Assembly: GCA_030704615.1 (NCBI GenBank)
Contig: CM060732.1
Span: 53,754,001 to 53,818,000, forward strand
DNA length: 64,000 bases
Direction: 5' to 3'
DNA from: Takakia lepidozioides
Lineage: Eukaryota; Plantae; Bryophyta
The position numbers and the translations under genes are program-made. This document shows positions 1-12,471 of the stretch, piece by piece. The notes under the pieces were generated by a model. That model was given only the letters and a program-made list of their open reading frames with translations. It did not search any database and was not told the origin of the DNA. How positions within the stretch are numbered: the stretch's first letter is position 1; every line of letters starts with the position of its first letter.

Positions 1-556
1 TTGCCCCATGAAACCAACGTCCTGGTACTAAGCTACAATGGCTACTTATAGAGATACTTGGGTTACTTATGCACCCAGAATATCAGTAAAACTTGGAGGG
101 ATACTTCTCATGGACCCATCAGGTTTGTCCATTTGAATTCTTGCTATGGATTTCAGGAACACCCCATACCTAAGAGGGCTCAAAAATGTACTGGGAGGAC
201 ATCATTGGGGCCAATCAAATTTGGGAGATTTACTGCCCAAGATCATACTGAGTTTTGGGTAATCTTGTCTTTACAAATGATATGTGCTTCCAGTTTGTTA
301 TTGAATTCAAGGATTTGCTGCTTGCTGCCTATATGTATGTGTAATCACCCACATTGTACTGGGGAATTTCTTTTCAGGGCAAGCACAAGCGCACTGGATC
401 CACGATCCCTGCTGCTAGCAATGGAGATGGCGCCCACAAGAACGCAGGAGGTGGCCCTAACTCTCCCATCGTTGTGGGTTCTGTGCCACCAGTACCCCCA
501 CCTTATTATGGTATGCCTCAGTACCCACAGTCTGGCACTCAGTATGGTCAGGGTCA

Positions 557-1330
557 ATGGTGCTCCTCCATATGGGCAGTATGGCCAGTATCCTCCTCCA
601 CCATATTTGCCACCCCCTAATAGCTATGGGGGTGGCAGGCCACCGGAATATCCTCCTGCTTATGGACAGTATGGCCAGTGGTCCTCGGCCTTCTGGCCAA
701 CAGCCATGGCCACCAGTCCCTACTTGGCAGGATCCTGCTTTGAATTCTCCTGAGCGCACGGAGGTCTCTGAAGGAGGGGAGGGTGCCGTTTCAAAGAATG
801 ATAGAACCAATGCTTTAAGGAGGGCTAATAGCTCAGCCAAAATTGAAGCTGCCAAGGTGAAGGAAGAGAGAATAGCTGCAGGTCTTCCTCCCACGGTGAT
901 TTTGACGAACCTCAAAGGAGCCCCGTATGGTCAGACCCGGAATGTATGGCACGCTGCCCTTAAAGGACAGGCTTATCGCAAGCTAGATTGTTCCCTTGCC
1001 ATCAACAACCAACCTGATGAAGTTGTATACGAAATCAGAGATCACCTGGCTAAGCTATTTTCATATACGCCACACAAGTTAAAAGACTTCCACCTAAAAC
1101 AAACAATTGGCAGAATAATGAAGAGCCAGCGTTATGAAGCACACACTGCGTGGTTGGGTGGTAAGGGGAACCCATTACTGTATCTGACGAGGTATGGAAC
1201 AAGCTTGTAAGTTACTGGCAGACAGAGGTGTTCCACAAAGTGTCGGGCAACATGAAGAAGGCAAATGGTGCAATTCAGAATCCTACCAAGACTGGCCGTG
1301 GTGGGAAGGCAATGGTGGAAGCACGCTTGG
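557..1330 (+). pseudogene. CACTA TnpA/Ptta-like transposase-associated ORF, frameshifted near 1175
   Basis: ORF 557-1210 continues in another frame as EVWNKLVSYWQTEVFHKVSGNMKKANGAIQNPTKTGRGG, a W..LV.YW...K.S..N pattern typical of Ptta/En-Spm proteins. Splice donor GTAAGT at ~1330. Confidence 0.55.
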
Positions 1331-2239
1331 TAAGTGGCATCATCACGACTCTGTATTTTGTTCCTCATTGAATTGCTATGTGTATATAGTCAGCCCTCAC
1401 ATTGCTTACTGACTTGTGGCATGGGTTTGTTTGTGGCATGGATTAATTTGTAGGAAACACTATCAGGGTGCCCTCCTACATTATATGAAATTCAAGAGGG
1501 TTCAGTGTCACGGTTGTCAGCTGGGAGTGACAGGCGGGTAAGTGTGTTTTCCACGTTTGCTAGAGTGGTTGCTGCATCATAGGTTGCTAGGGTTTTTTTC
1601 AGGCTTTTGGCCTGGGTTTTCTTTCCAATGGTTGTTCATGCTAGGTTTTTTTTTGTTTGATTCATACTTGGGCAAGTTTTCATGGATTGGCAGGAGGGAA
1701 GTCTCGCATATTCTACAGTAGTTGGCAGGATGGATGGCTTGGACAAACTGGTGGAATCACAAGGACGTGACATGGCAGAATTAAAATTACAGATGCAGAG
1801 TATGATTGAGTACCAGAAAGCCATTGTGACCAGATTGGGGATTAATCTACCAGGCGCAGGACCAGTGACATCTACGATGGATACGTCTGCTGTGACAGTA
1901 TCAAAATGTTTGGAATCCCAATTTCAGACTGGTGCTCACTCTAAGCCCTTATGTCTTCCTGTCACTGATGATCTTTTGAATTTGACCGAGCAGCAGCAGG
2001 ATACAGGGAAGGCCAGCTGTGAGGTACACGTGGAAATTCAGCCCTTGCCACGTACAAAGGCAGTAGCAGTCCAGGGGGCAATGGTGACAGCCGCCGGGCA
2101 CACCGGATTCTGGTATGCAGGTATGTGGGAGTTTAAATGGGGAGGAAGATGCAGACGGGGACAAACAAACAAGCAGGTTGCTTTAATTTCTCCTGCTCAC
2201 ATGTTGAAGCCAAATGTCAGTTTACTTCCTGGACCAACG

Positions 2240-2865
2240 AGGAAGCATTTACTAATTCTGGACTTAAATGGTCTGTTATGTGAATCTTTTCATTCTGCTA
2301 ATGGGCCTGCATCCCTTCCCAAAGGTTTTGTGGGGAAGATGTGTGGCAAGAAGATGGTAGTTTTGAGACCACGCTGTTATGACTTTTTGCAAAAGTGTTT
2401 TGAACACTTTGAGGTGGCGGTGTGGTCTTGTTGCCAAGCTCGCAACTTCTTCCCAATGGTGGACTATATTTTTGCAGCCCACACTAACCTGGTTTTCCAG
2501 TGGGATGCCCTTCACTGTGACGAGGATCCAGTCCTCCATGCCGTAAGGGGTCTGATTCAAAGCCATTATATTTCAAGAACTTGTCTACAGTGTGGGCAGA
2601 CTGGCCAGAATGGACTTATGAGGACACTGTTCTTGTTGACGACACACCAAGAAAGGCGGCAAACAATCCTCCCTTCAGTGGGATTTTTCCAGAGCCATGG
2701 AAGGTGCAACCAGATTCACCAACTGATGAGTATCTAACAGAGGTGTTGTGGCCTTTCTTGTGGAAGGCATCGAAAGCTGCCAGTATTCCCAAGTTTTTGG
2801 AGTCTCAGCCTGTTTTCGGACAACAACCATACAACACTGCTACTGTGAAGGTACAAACATTCTGA
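2240..2865 (+). pseudogene. FCP1/SCP-homology (NIF, HAD-fold) phosphatase-like domain inside the CACTA element, frameshifted at ~2550
   Basis: KHLLILDLNGLL...LRP...DFLQKCFEHFEVAVWS in ORF 1682-2737, continuing as KPLYFKNL..VW...DTVLVDDTPRKA..NP in the frame of ORF 2581-2865. Confidence 0.8.
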
Positions 2866-3313
2866 CAGTGCTCCAGAGGCTACATTTTGTGGGTTCATTC
2901 ATTGCATTGCTTTCCTGGATGCTTCTCCTCGGTTGCTTGATTAATGCTAGGTTTTCTTTGCAGCTTTTCATGTTGGCTTTTTTTGTTTGATTCATACTTG
3001 GATTTTGTTTCTATTCACTATTCCTGTTTGCTCATTGCTTTCCTGGTTGTTCTCTGGTCTGTGACACAGGAACTTGTGACAAACAAAGGTGATATTGTCG
3101 ACAAGCCGGTACAGACGAGGGGCAAGAGTGTCGACCCGGCGAGTAGCCCCCCAAAAGAGGTCTCACAACCACTGGAGACTGCAAATGGAGTAAGTCCAGG
3201 CCGTTGTCTTGTTTGTTTTATTTTTTCCAACCTTGGGGCTCTCTTTAATTCGCAAATGTTGAGTGTCCTAGTCGTGTGTATGTCATGGGTTTTCACATCG
3301 TGTTCTTTTTTGT

Positions 3314-3590
3314 GTGGAGTTGGGATCACAGTTCAGGGTGGGTGACGAGGTTCGGCTGTTGGATGTGAACTCCAAACGCAAGAAATGTGGAGTAGGGCTG
3401 ATTGTTGCTCTTCAAGGTGCTGTGGTGGGTTACGGGTACCCTGCTGTGCCCCTTGATTATGCCTGTGTGTACATCAAAGAGGCATGTGTCAGTAACACCC
3501 CTCTACCATATGTGAATGGTGTTAGAAACAGACCGAGTTGGGGCAGGTGGTTGGCCAGACAACACTTTGGAGTCTAAAGTTACTGAAACT
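3314..3590 (+). pseudogene. CACTA Tnp1/En-Spm C-terminal-like domain
   Basis: VGDEVRLLD...CGVGLI...GY..VPLDYACVYI...TPLPY resembles the small beta domain of CACTA accessory proteins. Lies inside the element. Confidence 0.45.
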
Positions 3591-5784
3591 TATGGAGCTG
3601 CGGAAGGGATAGTCAGTATTGCACTGTTTAACAGAGTTCTTGATTCTAATAGCACTAGAACAATTCAGCCCATGTGTGGGCTTGCTTGTTTTTTGCTGGG
3701 CCTTTTGAGGCATGGATTTTTTGACCTTGTGGCTTTTGAGGTGTCCATTGGGACATTGGTCTCATTTGGATTTTTGTAATGTGATTTATAGGGCTTGTAT
3801 TGCCCTGTAGTTGACTATTTTCATTCTCCTTGTGGTTGATAGTATGCAGGAGGGATCCATTCTGTTTTCATGTTGGAATTTCACCATGTAATGAAGATTT
3901 AAATCATTTAATTCACTTTCATTTTAAATAATAATATAAAAATAATACCATTTAAAAAAATTCCAAGGCTGCAATCTCCCTGTTCTTTTAAATATTAAAT
4001 GAAAACTAAAAAATAAAAAATAAACATTAAAATATAAACTATTTCGGAAAACAATCTTGATGACACGTGGCATCACTCTTGCTCAAACCAGAACACGTGG
4101 CAGTATATGACACGACATTCTTTATCCATATTTTCACCACGTGTAAAGATCCGTAGTCATATATGCTAGTCATATATTTTGTCTGTGTGCCACATGTCAC
4201 ATCTCAAGTGCAACAGGTGTCCCGCTAACAACTCTCCATGTAGACATCCCTGTAGTCATATGAGCGAGTCATGTAGTCACCACGTGTGAAATCTGCCATA
4301 GCACACGTGTCCGCTAGCGCCTCTCCATGTAGGCATCACTGTGCAGACATGTAGTCATATGATCATGGCAAGAAGTCGTGACATGTCAAATTCGCAGTGG
4401 CGCACGTGTCCATCCGTCGCCTCTCCATGTAGGCATCACTTTGCAGACATATAGTCATATGATCCCCTGACGAATGCATGACGTGTCGCTTGCGCAGTGG
4501 CGCACGTGTCCCGCTGAAGCCTCTCCATGTAGGCAGCGCTCAACAGACAATGTAGTCATATATTAGTCATATAGTTGTGACTGCAACCCTCTCTGCAGCA
4601 AGACTCCAGGTGCCACGCAAGCAGTCACGGATATGACTTGCAAAACGCAGTCCTAAAGACTAGTCGCTATGACAGGGTTTTTTTCACTACAGAGTGATGT
4701 AGTCATGAACGCATATAAGACTGAAAAAATAGTCATATGTGAAGTCATAAAAACGCTCATCTGTTGTAGTGATTGTTGCCACCCACTCTTGACTCTTCTT
4801 TGCTTTCTTGTAGTCTCTTGGTTCATTTGAGTCTGCTTTTGCCATGCATAGTAGGCACACCTACACTTGTGTGCAGATTGTCAGTTGCAAACGCAACGCT
4901 TCTAATGGTCTCAGAAGCATTTGCCTGACTAAGTCCCTGTTGTGCCTCCCCCAGGTGTCACCTCCTCTCCTTTGCTGAAAACTACTTCCATGATGTGCCT
5001 TCTCCAGATAATATCTCCCCCTGGTAACATTTTTGTTATTGAACAACTGATGAAAAATAAATGGATGAATTTTCAAGTTTAGTATCGATGAAAGTAGATT
5101 CCACTATCCACAAAGAGGAGCCATACGCGACTCGCCGCTTGTTATAAGATCCTGAATGCCTGATCATCAGATTTAGCAAGTGAAAGGAGAATGACTGTTA
5201 AATTATGGTGGGCCGGATTCTTCTTCTCTCTTTTTCTCCAGGTAGCAACTAGCAACAACCTATACGAAAGACCTCTAGATATTGCAGCCGCTTAAGTTGG
5301 AACACCACTTAAAGCTAGACAAATGGATTTGGAATAAGTCAGGTACCCTTGTCAGTACAGATCTGAAACCCAACATGTCATGATGTATGATCAACTGAAA
5401 GTTCATGAAATCGAATCCTCTTTTTCAAAAATCCCCCAGGCTTCCAAATTGCAACCTGTCAAATGGACGAGACAGAGGATCCTTCTTTGCAGTATCATTC
5501 ATGTGGAAGCTTTGACATATACTATGTGACTTTCAGTAAATGATTGCAATGTAAGAGTTCTGAGTGGTGCATACCACGAGCAACCCCATTCCTCTAAATA
5601 AGAGATTCTCTAAGGGGCGCCCCCACAGCATCGCCCCTTTCATGGGCACCCCCCTGCAACAAGGGGCCGACCAGTTTTGCGGCCCTGTCAGAATGAGTTT
5701 TGTTTCTTCCTACTGTAGGCCCGCAACCTCACGGAAGGCTGTTGATTTAACTAACTATATATATATATATAGAGAGAGAGAGAA

Positions 5785-5824
5785 GACTCCGGCCGAAGCC
5801 AACGTAACTAAGAGCCACTTCACC
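5785..5824 (-). mobile_element. ~40-bp 3'-end remnant of a Dualen-like LINE (or related SINE) within a (TA)n/(GA)n tract
   Basis: Reverse complement GGTGAAGTGGCTCTTAGTTACGTTGGC-TTCG-GCCGGAGTC matches the 3' terminal architecture at 51109-51135 and 61993-62031. Flanked by TA repeats on both sides. Confidence 0.6.
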
Positions 5825-5837
5825 TATATATATATAA

Positions 5838-6518
5838 CCCCTAAGCGCGGGGAGCCAAATTGGAAAACACCCCCAAAATGGGACCCATTGTCATGAATAA
5901 TCTCGTATCTGCCAACAAGGGTTCATCCAGGGAATTGAACCGTACGAACTGGTGGATCTCTCAAGTCCAAGTAAATATGGACAGAAAAAATCACTTTGAC
6001 CAAGGAAATTTACCATCACAATTTTTTTTGCTCAATCCCAGACCACCGCAGACAGATTCCTTGCTGGGTTACAGATCTCCTCCTGAAATTGGAGGACCAA
6101 ATTCCCAAAAAATCTAGTAGCTGGTTTGTATGTGCAATTAGGGGGGTGCACGTGGCAGTGACATAGAAAATGCTGCATAGATCCTACACATTGTAACCAA
6201 ATGCACTTTCCTTTGGTGCAATCCTGCATTGCCCAAAGTTGAACAGGAATGTGAATTTTTTTTAGAAAAATCCAAAAGCACCAGCGTAGATGGGTGCACA
6301 CACTTGCCACGTGGCAGGTCAACGGCCTAGGCCATGGATTCCAAGGCTTAGAAAAACCGTGGCGGCCTAAGGTTTTGTCCGAAGGGGGCGCATTAATTTC
6401 CCTCGTGCGCACCCCGCGCTCACTTTTCCTTCAGCGACTTTTTTCATCCAAGTACATCCACAGAAGCTATCCATGGATGAAGCTGCGACCCAATTCGGGT
6501 CGCGCTGGCCTTTAGGGG
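5838..6518. mobile_element. Non-autonomous DNA element with CCCCTAA...TTAGGGG termini (piggyBac-like?)
   Basis: Termini ATAA|CCCCTAAGCGCG and CGCGCTGGCCTTTAGGGG|TTAA. Subterminal palindrome GCGACCCAATTCGGGTCGC. No coding capacity. Confidence 0.4.
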
Positions 6519-6735
6519 TTAAAAGGGAAACACCTGGGAGTGACAGCTCACAAATCAGGCCCCTTGATAGAGAGCGGAGAAAATAACCTCTCAGTAACCT
6601 CGCCGTAAGCTTTCCAATGCGACACTGCGCAGGGAAGGGGGAGAAGAGCGTACCACACCCGTCAAGTAGCAGGATTTGACCCCAGGGTCATCCGGATGGC
6701 ACTCAGTGCACTTTACCAACTGAGCTACTGACTGT
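6519..6735 (-). mobile_element. tRNA-derived SINE (family B, possibly tRNA-Gly head)
   Basis: On the minus strand: A box TAGCTCAGTTGG, GCC in the anticodon position, B box GGGTCAAATCC, a ~140-nt body and a T-rich end. Confidence 0.65.
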
Positions 6736-7237
6736 TGGTCTAGATTCTGTAGAAGGGTTAAGTTAGCACATTTTCAAGAGGGGTTGTTATATGCGTCTCG
6801 AAATATTTCGCACTTCAGCTCGATTTTCCAATTTTGCAATGACACAGAAGTTGTCAGATATGTTTACAGATATGGTTTTGGTTTGATGTAACAAGAAGGA
6901 AGAGGTATTAACATGTACTGTGATACTGTGAGTATTCCCCAGTCACTAAATTTCCAACTGGGCACCCAATCTTCATCAATGTATATGAGAGTCCATTGTG
7001 AACTGTTTTGTATGCATAACTTCAGTCTCATCAGTAGTTGTTCTCTGCAATCTGCTGATGCATCCTCCGCAACAGGGTTTCCTGTGACTTCATTGGAGCT
7101 GTTTGATAGTCAGATGTTTATCTTGGTCATCACCATCAGCGCCTCACAGGCAGTGCCGTATCGATTATCATACAAGTTATTTGCACATTACAATTTCCAC
7201 CCTTCAGATCCAAAGCCGCCCACTTTCCTTGATGGTC

Positions 7238-10200
7238 TCACCAGTAATCCCCACAAGAACAAACACCATTTTGGAAGTGATGAAAGCGGTTGGCATCCCG
7301 TACAACAACTGCTCGCCCAACAATCTTGGAGATAAACTTTGTGGAGTTGTGGCAGTCACCACACACCCGAAGGTTCTTGATGACACGGATAGGTGTCCCA
7401 GGGGGCGTGCTGATGAGCCCAAAAGCAATGGCCAACTTCTCACTGTGGTGGCAAAGAGAAAATTCCTTTTGCTCCTCCTCCATATCATGCAATACAAAGC
7501 GCGTATCAGGCACATACCCGACCTCCTTCATTTCCACAGACAATCTCTTTAGCTCAGCATGGATCTCCTCAAGTTCTGGATGCGATTTTTGATCAGCAAC
7601 AAATGTATGCACCCGATTCCCAACCTCAATGTAGCTGAGCCCTGTCTCCTTTCTGACACCTCTGCCCTCCATCATTCTTCTTACCTTTGCTTTATCTTCC
7701 CATCTACCAGCTGCAGCATAAATGTTTGATAACAACACAAAAGCTGAAGCCTCATCTGGATCACTTCTGAGAATACTTTTTGCCGCACGTTCTGCTACCT
7801 CTAAGTCATCATAAATTCTGCAGGCCCCAAGCAAGGTCACCCACACTCCGGCATCAGGTTGGATTGTCATTTTGTTAATTAAGCCCTCTGCCTCATGCAA
7901 TCTCCCTGCACGCCCAAGAAGGCCCACCATGCAACCAAAATGCTCCACTGTAGGAGCGAGGCCGTGATCTCGAATCATGGAGTCGAAGTAATGGCAGCCT
8001 TCATCCACGAGGCCCAGATGGTTACATGCAGAGAGCAGAGATACAAAGGTGACACTATTCGGCCTCAGGCCTTTCTGCTGCATTTGTTCAAATAATTGGA
8101 CCACCTCCATACCACACCCATGCTGAGCATATCCTGCAATCATTGCACTCCATGAGACCACATCTTGTTCAGCCATTTTGTCGAACACTTGGCGTGCATC
8201 CTGTACGGTCCCACATTTGGCATACATGTTGATAAGGGTATTTTCCAACTTGACAGAGGATGCAATTCCCGCTTTCACAATATCAGAGTGGATTTCTCTG
8301 CCTTTTTCCAAGGCTCCTACACTGGCACAAGCATTGAGAAGGCAAACAAATGTGACCCAGTTGGGGTTCACACCTTCCCGCTGCATTTGCTCATAAATTT
8401 CAAACGCCTCCCTTCCACAGCCATGCTCAGCATATCCTGCGATCATCGCACTCCATGAGACCACATTTCGTTCAGCCATATTGTCAAACACTTGACGCGC
8501 ATCTTTCATGCTCCCACATTTGGCATACATGTCAACAAGGGTATTCTCCAAATTTATGAATGCCGTGAGTCCAGATTTCATGATGTCTGCATGGACCTTT
8601 TTGCCCTTTTCCAGGACTCCTAGGCTAGCGCACGCATTGAGAACACAAATGAATGTAACCCTGTTGGGTGTGACCCCTTCCCGTTGCATTTGCTCATAGA
8701 TATCAAAAGCCTCGCTACCACACCCATGTTGAGCATATCCTGTTATCAGTGCACTCCATGAGACCACATTCCGTTCAGCCATATTGTCAAACACTTGACG
8801 TGCATCCTTCATGCTCCCGCATTTAGCATACATGTCAGCTAGGGCAGTCTCCAGAACTACATCTGGCGGAATTCCAGCTTTGATGAGGTCAGCATGGACC
8901 TCTTTGCCCTTTTCTAGGTCTCCTAGTCTGGCACACACATTAAGAACACAAATGAACGTGACCCTGTTCGGCATTACCCCTTTCCATTGCATTTGTTCAT
9001 AAACCTCAAATGCCTCCCTACCACACCCATGCTTGGCATAGCCACCTATCATTATATTCCAGGTGCACTGATCTCGTTCATGCATTTTGTCAAATACTTG
9101 GAGTGCATCCACTATGCTTCCGCACTTGACATACAAGTTGAGAAGGGTGTTGAGTAGAAAGACACTTGGGCTGTTTCCACTTTGGATAATGTGGGAATGC
9201 ACCTGCTTTCCCTCTGCAAGATATTTCCTGTTGATGCACTCCTGCAAGACATACACGTAAGTATTGGAGTCTGCCTGAATGCCTGGTTGGTCCAAAATGC
9301 GCAACGCCTCTTTTACTTGTCCTCCCTTACACAGCATCTTCACATCCCCACAAGTGCCATTCTTGTAGGCTCCTTCTCTTGGTCCTGTTTCAAAAGCAGC
9401 GGTGATGGTGGAATTACTAGTTTGATCTCCAACAAGCAATTGTGCCTGTCTCAACATTGCCATCCTGCATGACATGAAAAATCTTACTTTATAAACTTTT
9501 GCACCCAAATATTCGCAATATACCTGATACATTCCTGGATACTGCAAAGAACTGTATTTTTGATGAGGACAAGCTTCCTGCTAGACTTACACAACAGGGA
9601 CACCAAACTACTGCAGTCAATTACTTCAACACTACCTTGTAAAACTTCTATCTGATTGAGTAGGAATCCTGAATAACCTGATGTGTTCTTGGCCTGGAGC
9701 TCCAGGATGCACATCCACATTAGGACCATCACCAGATCGTGCTGAAACTTGTATCATGCCAGCTAGCTCTGCTTCCACCCAAGGAGGGTTTGACCGACTG
9801 TCAATCCAAAGGACCTCCTCTGTGTGCTTAGGTCTGAAGTCTGGTGATCTTAACCTCTCCTGCGAAACCACAAGTTGGTAGCTAAGCAGTAGCTTTAACC
9901 ACAGCCTCACATTTCTCTGGCTACAACCAAACCTCCAAGCAGCTTTAAGGAGTAAATCTGAAGTACCTAATATCATACCCTACTAATAAGTGAGTTCAAT
10001 CTACTCATACCATCCAATTCTGCATCTTTTCAAGGCAAAGAGAACATAAGACATTAATCTAACCAACTGAGGATATAGTCTAGTTAAGAAATCTCATGAT
10101 TAGCCTCACCTCGGACCTGTTGTCCCACCACTGTGAAAGGTCCAAGAACAAATGTTGCCGGAGCCATCCTTGTCTGATTGCTTCACCTGCAGGTAAGAAT

Positions 10201-11529
10201 TGTAAGAACATGAGAACTTTTCTGGGGTTGGATTGCTTCTGCATCCACTGAAGATCTGTACTCCCCTTGGAAGAACACCTCTGCTTCTCTGCTCTCTCTG
10301 TGTGCGTGAGTCACAGAGAAACACAGGAACATAGCACCAACGGACACTACTGAAAGAGCTTGTGTTGGCCATCATTGTATATTTCATACAAACACTCAAG
10401 CCAGGCTGATTGTGGGTGATACTCACATTCCTGCACAGTCTGTGCTTCATAAGACTGTGTCTGAAGGTAGAAATCTCCCATCCCACCAGAATCTGCACTC
10501 CTGTCTTGAGGCCTGAATGGAGCTCCTATGCTCACACCAAAACTAGAGCCGTACTCTGATATCCATCCACCATCCCATTGTGCTTAGGCGTTCTATGCTT
10601 ATTGGTTGGCCTGCATGCGAAACACCACTAAAAACATAAATCTTTAGCAGTCCCTAATTCACTGGGATCCTATACTAGTAAAATTTGTCTCTATGCCCGT
10701 CCTTTCCCAGGTAGCATCAATGGCAGTGCAATCACAGCCACATGTGTCATTGCTTTGACTGGGAGGGGGCGCTGGAATTCAACTTCTGTTACCTAGCTGG
10801 ATGTCTGTACCAGCTCTTATATCAACATTATATTCCCCTGTTACCGGAGTGTTGTGGGCTGCGCATGATCACTCGGTCGTTCTTGGATTGAGTTTCTATG
10901 CCCTGGTTCGTGGAAGACATGAAACTGGATGGGGGTGTGACCCCGACACCAGGATCCTAAAGGGTCTGTGTGATAGTCACCACTCGTGGAGAGCTGTCAA
11001 AAGGGTACATCACTGTCTTCCCTTTATACATCTCTAGGTCCGACTCCCAATTGCGGTTTTGCACTGTTCTACACATGAAGGAGTGAGCGGTCTTGCACCC
11101 AAAGGGCTCTTGTTCCAAACAAGTACCTCTCTCTGTTCCTTGCAATGAATGGAAACGAGATAAAAACGTACTTGCCTTCCTCAGCTATTGCATGGCCATA
11201 CAGAAAACCAATTCGATGGAAACTGTGAAATTTCCGCGTCAAAGGACACCATAGAAGAGTCAGGATCGCTCCGAAGAACACACTTTACAGACAACTAAGA
11301 AAACCGCAAACAGTTAGTTGCATGTCCAACCTGTCTTCGCATTCCCTGGAAGAAGCAGAAGTCGCAAGGGTCTGGGTCCCAGGGTGGCTGCCCACTTGAG
11401 CTCCAAATCCTGGCCCATTGATCCGCAGCATAATGTGATGCCTCTAGCTCGTTCACCGCATAGGAAAGAGAGGACCCTGCTTCTGGCCTCTCCCTGAGCT
11501 CGCAGGAGAGCACCGCAGCAGGCTGCCAT
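7238..11529 (-). CDS. PLS-class PPR protein with E1/E2/DYW cytidine deaminase (C-to-U organellar editing factor); proposed exons 11529-11331, 10186-10110, 9916-9678, 9464-7238 (~913 aa)
   Basis: Intact ORF with L-S-P repeats, P2-L2-S2, HSEKLA, CGDCH and terminal DYW. Upstream exons are inferred from GT/AG sites, matching phases (1,0,2) and frame-preserving indels versus the paralog; they are less certain than the PPR exon. Confidence 0.9.
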
Positions 11530-11579
11530 TTCTGAGCCCATAGAGACTCAGAGATGGCACGCAAACCTCAATACTAGTC

Positions 11580-12395
11580 TTGTAGTATATTATTGTATTG
11601 TACTCAATACTACTGTTGTACACTACTCGACTTCGTAAGTTACTTTTCTGCACATTTTCTCATTCATGAAAATTTGCAGACATTGCGGATAGGGTATTGG
11701 AAATGGACAAGAGAGGTACGAGAGCTTGCAGAATTGCAAGCCATGCTAAGTTAGAAGATCTACGGAAGTCGCCAAGATATAATCGGCATACAACAGTCTG
11801 ATCTGGATGCTATCGTGGGAGAATGAAATCTTGGAGAAGAGGCTTGTAAGTTAGAGGTGCTTGCTCTGCAGCAAGGACTTCCAGAGACGTTAACTGTTTC
11901 AGGTCTGAAGGTTGCTTGATGCACGATGCCGCATGTGTAGAGGATACCCTCAGTTTGTAAGACTTTTTATGATGCAGCTCAGTCTTGAGGATGGACATGA
12001 TGAATCTTCACCCCTTGGCCAGGTTGCAAGTTTACTCTCAAATTACTCGAGTCTCAAAAGTTTGAGAGTTCTTATCGCATTCCGCTGTCTACGAGTGATT
12101 CGCCAATTTTTCTATTCGCGTGAGTGTCATTCGAAAATTGGATATTTTGAATGCAACACATGTACAGTGGTCCTTGAAATGACTGCCTGTGGATCAGCAA
12201 GTTGCTCAGATTCTGACTCCTCCCGTCAAATGTCACTTCGGACGTCACACCCTCTATGTGATTTAGATACTTCAGCGAATGCAGGTAAGAGATGGTTTGA
12301 AGCAGCTATCTAGAATAGGAAAGTATAGAGAAGATGTAGAGAAGTAGGAAGGAGAAGATGTGCGGAAGTCCTTCGAAAAGCTAGTCTGACAGAGG
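11580..12395. promoter_or_regulatory. Unique spacer between divergent PPR genes; candidate bidirectional promoter
   Basis: Only non-duplicated DNA between the two inferred start codons (11529 on -, 12472 on +). Positional inference only. Confidence 0.4.
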
Positions 12396-12471
12396 TAGTA
12401 TTGAGGCTTGCTTGCGATTTGCCGTGTTTTTGCCGCGTTTTTGCCGTCTCTCGGCTCGGCTCGGTTCAGAA

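Larger units (their letters stand above)
1..4771 (+). mobile_element. CACTA (En/Spm) DNA transposon, right part and 3' terminus; left part lies outside the window
   Basis: Ends in ...CATCTGTTGTAGTG at 4771 (reverse complement CACTACAACAG). Dense subterminal TAGTCATAT / CACGTGTC repeats at ~4060-4750. Internal ORFs resemble CACTA TnpA/Ptta and Tnp1 domains. Confidence 0.85.

Noticed and set aside
4060-4750. Short repeats with variable spacers resembling a CRISPR array
   Set aside because: Irregular spacing, related spacers, mixed orientation and an adjacent CACTA terminus identify them as transposon subterminal repeats in eukaryotic DNA.
6660-6735. Functional tRNA genes here and at ~56495 and ~61870
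   Set aside because: A and B boxes are present but the cloverleaf pairing is poor, and each continues into a SINE-like body.
7238-7700. U-to-C (DYW:KP) editing factors
   Set aside because: All four DYW domains have HSEKLA and a full DYW end and lack the KP-type signature, so they fit C-to-U types.
7290-9472. Antisense ORFs over the PPR genes (for example MLPHLAYMS..., also 19854-20633 and 53267-55195)
   Set aside because: Shadow frames of repetitive PPR coding sequence.
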